From Candidatus Heimdallarchaeota archaeon (GTDB lineage Archaea; Asgardarchaeota; Heimdallarchaeia; JABLTI01), in contig JABCTZ010000032.1 of NCBI GenBank assembly GCA_018238155.1, positions 224,001-288,000 of the forward strand: 64,000 bases of DNA, in the 5' to 3' direction. A program made the translations under genes and the position numbers. A model generated the notes under the pieces. It was not told the origin of the DNA and did no database searches. It saw only the letters and a list, made by a program, of their open reading frames with translations. Positions 1 to 9,429 of this stretch are shown piece after piece (position 1 is the stretch's first letter; each line of letters opens with the position of its first letter).

Positions 1-2
1 GA

Positions 3-506
3 AAAGAAAGAGAGGTATTCAAAACCATTACTGAGGCTGCTGGTTCATCTGAAAGTGCAGAAGAATTTTTTAATAAAATCCTCAAAGGTTTAGCTGAGAT
101 ATTGGAGTTTGAATATGCGACTATAAGGATATTAGATAATAAAACACAGTTATTGGAACCTGTTTCAAGTTTTGGTATAGATGAAAAAACTAAACAATAT
201 CTGAAACCAATTTCAATTGAAGAAAACAATCACAAATTAGTTTCAATCTTACTTGATAAAAAAGTAGTTTCAATTTCCAATACAAAACTTAGTTCAATGA
301 AGGATTCAATATTCGTTAAAAAATTAAATATCATATCATATGTTTTCTGCCCATTGTTAGATTCAAAGAATTCAATTATTGGATCAATGCAGTTTGGTTC
401 TAGAGAAAGAAAGTTTTTACTAGAAGACGATAAAGTGTTTTTTAAAACATTTGCAAATATGTCATCAAATTTTTTGGAACATAGACTTAATCATTTTCTA
501 AGCTAA
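3..506 (+). CDS. GAF-domain protein, 5'-truncated by the window edge
   Basis: Frame open from position 3 (KEREVFKTITEAAGSSESAEEFFNKILKGLAEILEFEYATIRILD); GAF-like SYVFCPLLDSKNSIIGSMQF ... F-x-E-D-D-K-V-F-F-K-T-F-A. Confidence 0.7.
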   Translation, partial: KEREVFKTITEAAGSSESAEEFFNKILKGLAEILEFEYATIRILDNKTQLLEPVSSFGIDEKTKQYLKPISIEENNHKLVSILLDKKVVSISNTKLSSMKDSIFVKKLNIISYVFCPLLDSKNSIIGSMQFGSRERKFLLEDDKVFFKTFANMSSNFLEHRLNHFLS

Positions 507-597
507 TTGCTCTTTTTTTTTAAAACAATTAATAATTCATTCATTCGGAAATTTCTTAAAAGGACAACTGAGAAATACTTTACTATGGTGAAATTCT

Positions 598-2628
598 TTG
601 ACTCAAAATCCAGAAATAACTATTATTAAAGCCATTCAAGAGGGACTTGTTAAAGCATTCAAAGAGTTAAATTTAACAGGTAAACCTATAATTCAAGAAA
701 CGACAAAAAAATCCTCTTTTGGTGATTATTGTTCACCAATATTTCAAATTGCAAAAGAAAATAGGAGAAACCCAAAAGAGCTTGCAAAATTAATTGTCGA
801 AAGTTTTCCAAAATTAGATTGTGTTGAAGAGGTTTCTGCTGAAGGTGGTTTCGTCAATTATAAGCTTAATCGAGCTCATTGTTCACGTTTAATTTTGTCA
901 GTGATTCTAGCGAATGAGAAATTCTACCAAAGCGATTTGTACAAAGGTCAAAGAATAATCGTTGAGCACACTTCTGCAAATCCGAATGGACCAATCCATA
1001 TTGGAAATTTTAGAGGTTCAATTATTGGTGATATTTATGCTAGAATATTGAAAGCTGTAGGAGCAGAAGTATTAACAAACTTTTATGTGGATGATCTAGG
1101 GCACCAAATCCCTGTTCTGGTCATTGGATATGAATTGCTGAAAAAGTATGACACTGTACCTACTGAATTAAAAATTGACCATTTACTAGGTAGAATTTAT
1201 GCTATAACACATACTATGTTTGATATCCAAAAAATCAAAAAAGAGCTAAAGGAAAAATACGATTTAATTTTAGGAAAGGACCTCAATTGGATGACGAAAG
1301 AAGATGTAAAGCAATTGAAAATCTCTCTAGAAAAGAAGAATGTTCCTTTAGAAGAGCAAAAAAAGTTTTTGAAGCAAAGTGGGTTTATTCTGAACATTCA
1401 ATCAGACATTCATACAAGATTCAAAACTTTCTATGAAATATTGAAAACATGTATAGAGAAAGATGGTATTGATTTAACCACTGCAGTTCCTGATTTGAAT
1501 AGACAATACATGGATAACGAGAAGGATGCGGTAAGAAAAGTTAGAACGACTTGCGAAGATGCATTACGTGGTCAAAGAGAGGAATTAGCAATTCTGGGCA
1601 TCGAACATGATAATTATGATTGGGAAGCTGATCTTCAATGGTCTGGAAAAGTCGATGCTGCCTTAAAAAAGCTAAACATAAATGGTTTTCTAATTGAGGA
1701 TGGAAAAGCAAGATTGTTTGATGCGAACAAAGCAGCAGACCTCAAAGGTGCAAGAGAATATCTTAAAATGAAGCCATCATATGAAATCCCTAAACCTATT
1801 CTTGTTACATCAACAGGTGATACATTATATCTCTTAAGAGATATTGCTTATTCTCTCAAAAAGGTGGATCATTATTCAGCTGATAAAGTATTCAATGTTA
1901 TAGGTAAAGGACAAGAGCTATCACAACGTCAATTGAATCTTGCAGTGAGAGCGGTAGGACGTGAAGATGCCGCAAATAAAATGTGGCATTTGAATTATGA
2001 ATTTATAGAATTACAAGGTGCTCTTACAAGTATGAGTGCAAGAAGATTACAATACATAACACCTTTAGAGCTTTATGAAAAAACACGAGAAGCTGTATTA
2101 GAGAATTTCCTACAAAATAGAGATTATCCTAAAAAAGAAAAAGATGAAATTGCTCATGATGTTACTGTTGGAGCAATAAAATATTCTATTATTGCAATTG
2201 GTTTAATGAGAAAATTGTTGTTTAATCCCAAAGAAGTAGTTTCGCTATCCAATAACACATCTCCCTTCATTCAGTATGCATATGCTCGTTCACAGAATAT
2301 TCTTGCTAAAACTGATTTCTTATGGGATAAGAAACATGAAAGCACTCTCAAGAGCTTATTTGAGGATGAAGAATGGGCATTAGTTTTATCCCTTCTTAAA
2401 TTACCAAATATATTACTTCATGCTGCTGAGCAGATAAAACCAGAACTAATCAGTAATTACCTCTTTGATTTAGCAAATCTTTTCAATAAATTCTATGATG
2501 CTCATCGTGTTCTAGATGCTACAACAAAAGAACTCATTACTGCACGGTGTGCACTTACTTTTGCTGCCGGAAAGCAGCTCACAGAAGGTTTGAATTTACT
2601 TGGCATTAAATCACCATCAAGAATGTAA
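598..2628 (+). CDS. argS: Arginyl-tRNA synthetase
   Basis: FGDY N-terminal motif, VEHTSANPNGPIHIGNFR (HIGH motif), MSARR, PFIQYAYAR, FNKFY..HRVL anticodon-binding domain. Confidence 0.97.
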   Translation: MTQNPEITIIKAIQEGLVKAFKELNLTGKPIIQETTKKSSFGDYCSPIFQIAKENRRNPKELAKLIVESFPKLDCVEEVSAEGGFVNYKLNRAHCSRLILSVILANEKFYQSDLYKGQRIIVEHTSANPNGPIHIGNFRGSIIGDIYARILKAVGAEVLTNFYVDDLGHQIPVLVIGYELLKKYDTVPTELKIDHLLGRIYAITHTMFDIQKIKKELKEKYDLILGKDLNWMTKEDVKQLKISLEKKNVPLEEQKKFLKQSGFILNIQSDIHTRFKTFYEILKTCIEKDGIDLTTAVPDLNRQYMDNEKDAVRKVRTTCEDALRGQREELAILGIEHDNYDWEADLQWSGKVDAALKKLNINGFLIEDGKARLFDANKAADLKGAREYLKMKPSYEIPKPILVTSTGDTLYLLRDIAYSLKKVDHYSADKVFNVIGKGQELSQRQLNLAVRAVGREDAANKMWHLNYEFIELQGALTSMSARRLQYITPLELYEKTREAVLENFLQNRDYPKKEKDEIAHDVTVGAIKYSIIAIGLMRKLLFNPKEVVSLSNNTSPFIQYAYARSQNILAKTDFLWDKKHESTLKSLFEDEEWALVLSLLKLPNILLHAAEQIKPELISNYLFDLANLFNKFYDAHRVLDATTKELITARCALTFAAGKQLTEGLNLLGIKSPSRM

Positions 2629-2820
2629 ACAATCCTAAATCGATTTTTTTCCAGCTGAAAACGTAATACCTTGATAAGAATGTAGATAACACCACTCTTT
2701 TTCTATTATTTTTGTATCCTTTAATATAAGTGGAAAGTTGGTTGAAGTTTTGTTCACACCATTTTCCAATGAAGACATGCTGAGAATTATTATCAAATTA
2801 ATTTAGTTGGTGTTACTGCA

Positions 2821-4116
2821 GTGAGTGGATCGGAATTTCCAAATAAAAACAATAGAGACCAATATGCTCTTAATGACTTTGTTTCGAGACAAAGAGGAAC
2901 AATTCAAAGAGAGACTAAGAAACCACTTGGAAAAACTAATTGTTATGTGGTAGGTGTAGGTGGCGGTGGAAATAACACTGTAAATCGTTTAATGTCTACT
3001 GCAATACGTGATGCTTTGTGTGTTTGTGTAAACACTGATCTTCAACATTTGAATTCTGTAAAATGTAACACTACTTTGCTTATTGGTAAAAAGACTACAA
3101 GAGGATTAGGTTCTGGCGGAAAACCTGAGCTTGGAAAAGCTGCTGCAGAAGAATCCTATAGTGAAATTCAAAGAATGTTCTCAGATGCAGACATAATTTT
3201 CTTAACATGTGGTTTAGGTGGCGGAACAGGCACAGGAGCAGTCCCTATCATTGCTGAAATAGCTAAAAATTCTGGTGCAATAGTCATTGGAGTTGTTACA
3301 ATTCCATTCAGCATGGAAGGCGGCAGAAAAGAAAAAGCATACAAAGGATTAGCAGAGTTACAAAAGCACTCTGATACTGTAGTGATAATTGAAAATGATA
3401 AATTACTCGAGATAGTTCCTGATTTGCCAATTGAGGAAGCATTTGGTGTTGCAGATGAAGTACTAGCAAAATATATCTATTCAATTATTTCAACAGTCAC
3501 CCAACCAAGTCTTATCAATGTCGATTTTGCTGATTTGAAAACCGTCATTACAAATGGAGGGGTAACTGTCTGTGGAATTGGTGAAGCAAAAGGAGAAGAT
3601 CGAGCCAAAATAGCTGTTCATAAAGCACTGGAAAGTCCTTTGATAAATGTTGACTATAGTGAAGGGTCTGCTGCATTGATTCATGTCACTGGTGGGTCAA
3701 CTATGTCCTTGAAGGAAGCAAGTAGTGTAGTTGAAATAATAAGAGGAAAATTAGAACCTGGTGCAGAAGTAATTTGGGGGACAAAAGTGGACTCAGAATT
3801 AGGTGATTTACTTCGAATAACAATAGTAATCTCTGGAGTACAAAGTGATCAAATCATTGGTATGAGAAAGAAAAATGAAACCATTTATGGAACTTCTATG
3901 CCATATGATAATATTGGTCAAATGAAGGATCCTGTCATACCTCCAAGAGAAAAAGAAAATTGGTTGAAAAAAGACAAACGACCAATATTTAAAGAATTGA
4001 GAAAGAAAACACAAGAGACAAAAGAAGAAATCCCAAAGAAAAAAGCATCAATAAAAGATGAGGAAGATGCTGATCAATTTTGGGATGAGATTGGCGTTTC
4101 AAAAGGTTTACAATAA
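2821..4116 (+). CDS. ftsZ: Cell division GTPase FtsZ with a long charged C-terminal tail
   Basis: VGVGGGGNN, NTD, GLGGGTGTGA tubulin signature, INVDFADL T7 loop. Confidence 0.96.
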   Translation: MSGSEFPNKNNRDQYALNDFVSRQRGTIQRETKKPLGKTNCYVVGVGGGGNNTVNRLMSTAIRDALCVCVNTDLQHLNSVKCNTTLLIGKKTTRGLGSGGKPELGKAAAEESYSEIQRMFSDADIIFLTCGLGGGTGTGAVPIIAEIAKNSGAIVIGVVTIPFSMEGGRKEKAYKGLAELQKHSDTVVIIENDKLLEIVPDLPIEEAFGVADEVLAKYIYSIISTVTQPSLINVDFADLKTVITNGGVTVCGIGEAKGEDRAKIAVHKALESPLINVDYSEGSAALIHVTGGSTMSLKEASSVVEIIRGKLEPGAEVIWGTKVDSELGDLLRITIVISGVQSDQIIGMRKKNETIYGTSMPYDNIGQMKDPVIPPREKENWLKKDKRPIFKELRKKTQETKEEIPKKKASIKDEEDADQFWDEIGVSKGLQ

Positions 4117-4194
4117 CTGACTTCCTGATTTCAAGCTCAGAGGTAACCTTATAAAAACTAGTGAATGATGGTTTTTTGCTGTTAGAAGTAAATT

Positions 4195-4270
4195 AGACCC
4201 GTATTGTAGCGGCCAATCATAGCAGTTTTTGAAATTGCTGACGGAGGTTCGAATCCTCTCGGGTCTTCCA
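4195..4270 (+). tRNA. tRNA-Gln(TTG) with encoded CCA
   Basis: Acceptor stem AGACCCG/CGGGTCT (A1-U72, typical of archaeal Gln), anticodon arm GCAGT-TTTTGAA-ATTGC, T loop GTTCGAAT, 3' CCA. Confidence 0.93.
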
Positions 4271-4306
4271 ATCTTCTTTTTAATGATCTATGTTTGGTTG
4301 GTTATC

Positions 4307-4876
4307 ATGGTATCAGTTAAAATTTTCATTGCAGGCGATCTACATATTCCGTCTAGAGCAGCTATGTTGCATCCAGATTTTGAAAGTGTTCTACTTCAGC
4401 AAGAATGGGATTATATTGTTTTAACTGGGGATCTAACAACTCCTTCAGTTCTTCATCGATTCGAAAAGCTAGCTCGTTCACCAAAAAAACTAATTGTTGC
4501 ACGAGGAAATATGGATCAGATGACTCTCCCACTCAAACCTACTTTTGAAATTGGTTCCCTACGCCTAGGTGCTTTTCATGGAACGGATGTTAACCCAAGG
4601 GGAGATATTCTCCAGCTAAAAAATGTCGCAAAAGAGATGGGTGTAAGAATACTTTTCACAGGACATTCGCATAAAACTTCTATCCATTTTGATGATGAAC
4701 ACATTATCCTTAACCCTGGCACCTCAACTGGAGCTTCAGGAGGAACTTCATGGTCAGTTGATACTGCATTAATTACTATGGAGATTAGTTTGGATAAATA
4801 TGTGATTCTCATCAACTGGTTGAAAATTAATAAAAATGGAAAATTAGAGATTGAACGATTAACAATCAATCTCTAA
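4307..4876 (+). CDS. Vps29/MJ0936-family metallophosphoesterase (retromer Vps29-like)
   Basis: GDLHIPSR, LTGDL, RGNMD, FHG, PRGD, GHSH and NPGTSTGA align with eukaryotic Vps29. ATG 4307 chosen because the ORF-track start overlaps the tRNA. Confidence 0.88.
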   Translation: MVSVKIFIAGDLHIPSRAAMLHPDFESVLLQQEWDYIVLTGDLTTPSVLHRFEKLARSPKKLIVARGNMDQMTLPLKPTFEIGSLRLGAFHGTDVNPRGDILQLKNVAKEMGVRILFTGHSHKTSIHFDDEHIILNPGTSTGASGGTSWSVDTALITMEISLDKYVILINWLKINKNGKLEIERLTINL

Positions 4877-4901
4877 AAAAACCCTTTTGGGTTAAAATAG
4901 A

Positions 4902-6572
4902 TTATTTTCTTTTCTTTTTGCTTGCTTTACTAATGATTGTTAAAAGTGCTATTGCAGATAAAGCAATCTCCAATGTTGGCAAAGGAGTAATTTTAGTGTT
5001 CACTGAAGTTGTTTCTGGTGGTGGAGTAGGTGTAGTTGAAGCCGCAGTTGTGAACCAGAAATACTCGGATGTGACTTTATTCAAATTTGTATCCCAAGCT
5101 TCAATGAAGTATGTGTAATTATTTGCTTCATTAAGAGCGTGTTCAATTGAGATATTACCCATAAACGTTGTGCTCCCAGATGCGAATTGTACCATATCAG
5201 TTTGGAGAGCTACTTCACCATCTTTATATGAGTAAAGAAATGCAGTAATATCATTATTGATACAGTAATCATCATCGAGACCAACGGTTACAATGACGTA
5301 ATCTTCGTCTAGAGGAACACCATTTGGGTATCTATCATTCAAATCTACAATTCCTTGAATAGTTGGAGCTTTTGTATCATCAATTACAATTGTTTGATTT
5401 AATTGAATTGGATTCTCATAAAGAGGATAAAAAGTTACAAAGATTGTTTGTTCACCTAAAGGCATATCCCATTCACCAAAGAAGAATAAGAAACTATAGT
5501 TGCCAGTTACTGCATTGACATCAGGAGCAAACCATGCACCAGGTCCATAAGTGTCACTCCATCCAGACAATTGAACAGTTAATGTGTAATCTGAAAAGTC
5601 ATCAAACACACCACCAGTAATAACGAATGCTTGATTTTGTATTTCGCCAACAATTGTTGTGAAGGTTAGATCGGCTGCTTCATTTGTAGAAGAGACATCA
5701 AATGATTGTGTTGAAATAAGCATATTGTATGTGTTATCACAATTAGCAAAACCTAATTCGAAGGATAATGAACTTGAGAAATCAATAACAAAGTCATCTG
5801 TTTCAGTAGTGTCCAATAATCTAATCATTTCTACCGTGTAGTAGTCTTGGAGCGTAGAATTGTAATCTGATGCAACAATGGTATTTGCTTGACTGCCTGT
5901 AGCAACGTTGGTTAAAACGTCTTCCCAAGCATCATACATCGTACCATTTGGTAATATGAATTCATTGGCAATTGACACCCAATTACTATCAACTATTGGT
6001 TTAGCATCTTCAAAAGTATCTGTCTCATTTGTGTTCATTCTGTATGGGAGAGTACCGCCATCAGGTGTGCCTACGTCATCACATTCGAAGGCAAGACCAG
6101 CATTAGTTCTGTTTGATGCTGTCCAAATCATAATATCTGTATCAACTCCATCACTGAAACCAACTTGGATAACATCACCTGCACCATCAATAAAGTTCCA
6201 ATCGACAAGTGATGGGTTATTCAGACCTGTTTTATTCCATTGACCAACGGAAACGTCATAAGTTGTGTCTATCCATTGTAATGCAATGTAAACATTGGTG
6301 GCGTCAAAAGCTAAAGAGACGTTTACTCCACTGAACATTTCAAAGGCTAAGCCTTCCCATTCTGATAAGTCGCCATCAGCAATAATGGTGTAAGCACTTG
6401 CATCTACTGCCCATATACCCTTATCTCCCATCGAGTCTCCCATTGAATTGGGATGAGTACAAAGATTGTGTTCAAGTAAAGATGCACAATCAATTTGTGT
6501 TGCTGATAATAATGCAACAGAAAATATTGTAATTACTATAATTAAACTTGAAAATAACATCATTTTTCTCAT
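4902..6572 (-). CDS. Secreted, C-terminally anchored surface protein with a DOMON/EB_dh-like domain and Ig-like domains
   Basis: Signal peptide; DGDLSEW, D..IWTASNRT, YTVEMIRLLDT...DD; S/T/P linker, hydrophobic tail and KKKRK. Confidence 0.7.
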   Translation of the reverse strand: MRKMMLFSSLIIVITIFSVALLSATQIDCASLLEHNLCTHPNSMGDSMGDKGIWAVDASAYTIIADGDLSEWEGLAFEMFSGVNVSLAFDATNVYIALQWIDTTYDVSVGQWNKTGLNNPSLVDWNFIDGAGDVIQVGFSDGVDTDIMIWTASNRTNAGLAFECDDVGTPDGGTLPYRMNTNETDTFEDAKPIVDSNWVSIANEFILPNGTMYDAWEDVLTNVATGSQANTIVASDYNSTLQDYYTVEMIRLLDTTETDDFVIDFSSSLSFELGFANCDNTYNMLISTQSFDVSSTNEAADLTFTTIVGEIQNQAFVITGGVFDDFSDYTLTVQLSGWSDTYGPGAWFAPDVNAVTGNYSFLFFFGEWDMPLGEQTIFVTFYPLYENPIQLNQTIVIDDTKAPTIQGIVDLNDRYPNGVPLDEDYVIVTVGLDDDYCINNDITAFLYSYKDGEVALQTDMVQFASGSTTFMGNISIEHALNEANNYTYFIEAWDTNLNKVTSEYFWFTTAASTTPTPPPETTSVNTKITPLPTLEIALSAIALLTIISKASKKKRK

Positions 6573-6779
6573 TTTTCTCTCTCCATTAATAATTTAAATT
6601 AGTTAATTAGTCTTCTGACATTTAATAAATATGTCCATTTGCTAATACAAAGGTCAAAAAGTCTTGATGAATTAGCATTTTCATTAAATTAGCTGAAAGT
6701 TAATAATAAAGGGAAATTTTAGATTGAAAAAAACAAAAGCCAATCTCTTACAAATTGAATCCTTTTTTAGGCTTTTTAT

Positions 6780-8453
6780 TTACTTTCTTTTCTTTTTGTT
6801 TGCTTTACCTATGATCGTTATTAGTGCCATTGCTGCTAAAGCGATTTCCAATGTTGGTAAATAAACAATGTGGGAGTTTTCTGAACCAGTTTGAATAGGT
6901 GTGTAAATGCCTGCAATAGATGTAAAGTTAAGTTTTGTTGTTGTAACTTTATTCATGTAAACATCAAATACTTCTACATAATAAAAGTAAAGATAATCAA
7001 TCTCTATATCATGTTCTACAGAAAAGTTTCCTGAAAAAGTTCTGCCCAATATTGAAAATTGAGTCATTTCCACCATTGAGAGAACATCATCACCTTTGTA
7101 ATAATAGAGATATGCTTTCAAATCATCAGTATCACAGTAAGTATCATCTATTCCAATTGTAATTGTTACTTTATCAATATTTAGAGGAATGCCTTTTGGA
7201 TACCAATCCGTAATATTAGTAACTCCGTAGATATGTGGTGGATAAGTATCTTCAATATCTATTAATTGCCATAGAATTATCGGATCTTCATACATTGGAT
7301 TTAAGGTAATCGTAATGTTGTTTGTGCCTATTGGCATATTCCTATTATCATAAAAGAATAAAAAGCTCCAAGAACCAGTAATCAAATCTATGGATGCATA
7401 GTCATAACTATTAGGACCATAAGTGTCATTCCATCCAGAACATTCAATCCGTACTTTGATATTCCCAAAGTCATCGTAAACTTCTCCAGTAATAAGCAAT
7501 GATAGTGATATCTCACTTGGCATTGTGTCAAATGTTAATTCTGCAGGATTATTTGTTATTGTAATTTTAAATGAATTAAAGTTAAATGAATTATAACTTA
7601 CAGTGTGAAAACTACCGCTAATTTCTAGATAAAATGTTAATTCATCACTAACAAAATCTAAAGCACAATCATCGGTTTTGGAAGTGTTTAAAGGTCTCTT
7701 AAATTCCATAATATATTGTTCATTACTATATGTCCAATTCATTGATACATCTGCTTGACTCGCAGATGGAGTAATTAATCCTTCATTATACCAACCATCT
7801 ATTGTAGTGAAATTTGGAATTGCAGAGTAATTGGTGATTGGAGTCCAATTATTATAATAAACAGGTTTAGCATTCCAATAGATATTCTCTGTAGTATTAG
7901 TGTTAATTAGATATGGAGTTAAACCTGTGTCTGGATTTCTACCATAATCATGTTCGAATACATATCCATTGTGAGTTCTATTAGATGCTGTCCAAGTCCA
8001 GAAATCACCTTTTGATATATTATCACTGTGAGCGAATCCCATAGATACTATATCATCCTCTCCATCTATTATCTCCCAATCCGCATCATCTTCATCAATC
8101 ATACCAGTTTTATTCCATGTAAATACTGAATCACTGAAAGTACTATCCGCCCATGTTAAGCCGATATAAACATAATTGGAATCATATGCAAGGTAAACAT
8201 TGACGTTTGAAAGCAGCTCACTTTTAATTCCTTCTTGCTCCCAATCACTAAGATTACCATCTAAAATAAATTCCGTGTTTGTGAATTGTGCAAAAATCTC
8301 ACTATCTCCAATCGGATCACCTAAAGCATCGCTAGAAATTGGTTTAGGTTGGTTATCTCTTTCTGTCTTTATGTAAATGTTCTCATTTCTAAAACTCATC
8401 GAGAATATCACTATTAATACCAAAAAACTTGAGATAATTGTTCTTTTTCTCAT
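6780..8453 (-). CDS. Paralog of 4902-6572 (DOMON/EB_dh-like surface protein)
   Basis: Colinear similarity (DGNLSDW, WNKTG, DFWTWTASNRT, YIMEFKRPLNT..DD, GWNDTYGP) and the same LPTLEIAL tail. ATG at 8453 follows GGAGAGAG, as in the paralog. Confidence 0.7.
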   Translation of the reverse strand: MRKRTIISSFLVLIVIFSMSFRNENIYIKTERDNQPKPISSDALGDPIGDSEIFAQFTNTEFILDGNLSDWEQEGIKSELLSNVNVYLAYDSNYVYIGLTWADSTFSDSVFTWNKTGMIDEDDADWEIIDGEDDIVSMGFAHSDNISKGDFWTWTASNRTHNGYVFEHDYGRNPDTGLTPYLINTNTTENIYWNAKPVYYNNWTPITNYSAIPNFTTIDGWYNEGLITPSASQADVSMNWTYSNEQYIMEFKRPLNTSKTDDCALDFVSDELTFYLEISGSFHTVSYNSFNFNSFKITITNNPAELTFDTMPSEISLSLLITGEVYDDFGNIKVRIECSGWNDTYGPNSYDYASIDLITGSWSFLFFYDNRNMPIGTNNITITLNPMYEDPIILWQLIDIEDTYPPHIYGVTNITDWYPKGIPLNIDKVTITIGIDDTYCDTDDLKAYLYYYKGDDVLSMVEMTQFSILGRTFSGNFSVEHDIEIDYLYFYYVEVFDVYMNKVTTTKLNFTSIAGIYTPIQTGSENSHIVYLPTLEIALAAMALITIIGKANKKKRK

Positions 8454-8707
8454 TTCTCTCTCTCCACAATTGCTTGAAATAACATTATTGTTCTTCAATT
8501 ATTTAAAAAAAACTGTTCATTTGAATCTTTTTTATGATAAAAACATCCTCAGAAGATTTTTATGTGAAAAAAGTAAACTTCTTTTCTGTAAAATAAGGTC
8601 TCTACGTAATATCTCAATAGAGCTGAGAATATTCGTTGTATTAAAGATAGCTTTCAGCTAATGATAATGCTAGATAGCATGAATAATTATGCTGGATATA
8701 TGCCGAG

Positions 8708-9223
8708 GTGAACAAATCTATGAAAAACGAACATGCAGATATAGATATCGTTTCGAATACATTAGATGCTAGTTCCACTATTGGATATTTCATGGGTTCC
8801 TACAAAGATGTTCTTGGAGTTGGTGTTTTCAATCTATTTGGTGGATCGCTATTTTCAAGTGCAAAGAATTCCAATGGTGATCTTGGATTAGCCGCATTCA
8901 AGTCTTTGTTGGGTTTAGTTGGAAGTCAAATTGATTATATCTTACCTGCAGAAGCTAGTGTCCAATTTATCGCTCCAAACGATATTCTTGTTGGAGTTTC
9001 GAAAATCAGTACTGACAAAATTATGGCTGTTGTTCTCAGTCGTGAAGCACAATTGTCTTCTATTATTCCTAATTTGATTAAGATTACAAAAATGCTTCAG
9101 GGTATGACCGTTAAAGTAAATGCTCTTTCTAATACAAAATGTATGGAATATTGTAATATGACTGCTGCATCGCAATCTAGCCCAAGACAACGCAAAAATC
9201 TAGTCAAAAAATTTGGTGCTTGA
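8708..9223 (+). CDS. Roadblock/LC7 (LAMTOR-like) domain protein
   Basis: DVLGVGVFNLFGGSLFSS, central helix, beta-hairpin ILVGVSKISTDKIMAVVL, C-terminal helix. Alternative ATG at 8720. Confidence 0.6.
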   Translation: MNKSMKNEHADIDIVSNTLDASSTIGYFMGSYKDVLGVGVFNLFGGSLFSSAKNSNGDLGLAAFKSLLGLVGSQIDYILPAEASVQFIAPNDILVGVSKISTDKIMAVVLSREAQLSSIIPNLIKITKMLQGMTVKVNALSNTKCMEYCNMTAASQSSPRQRKNLVKKFGA

Positions 9224-9429
9224 ATAAGTAAGGCGCCATCTTTCATTCTTTTTACGAATTCTTTTAATATGTAGTGTTTTTTGAATTAAACTAGTAGAAA
9301 TTTAATCTCCGTATAACCAAAAAGATTTTAATGTTATGAAATTGAAAAAGGAGATGCAAAGGTAGGTAAAAAGTTAAAAACAACAAACTTTGCTTATTAT
9401 CTATATTGAAGTGAAAAAAGGTTATCATA

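Noticed and set aside
4229-4306. N-terminal extension of the Vps29-like ORF
   Set aside because: Overlaps tRNA-Gln; homology starts at ATG 4307
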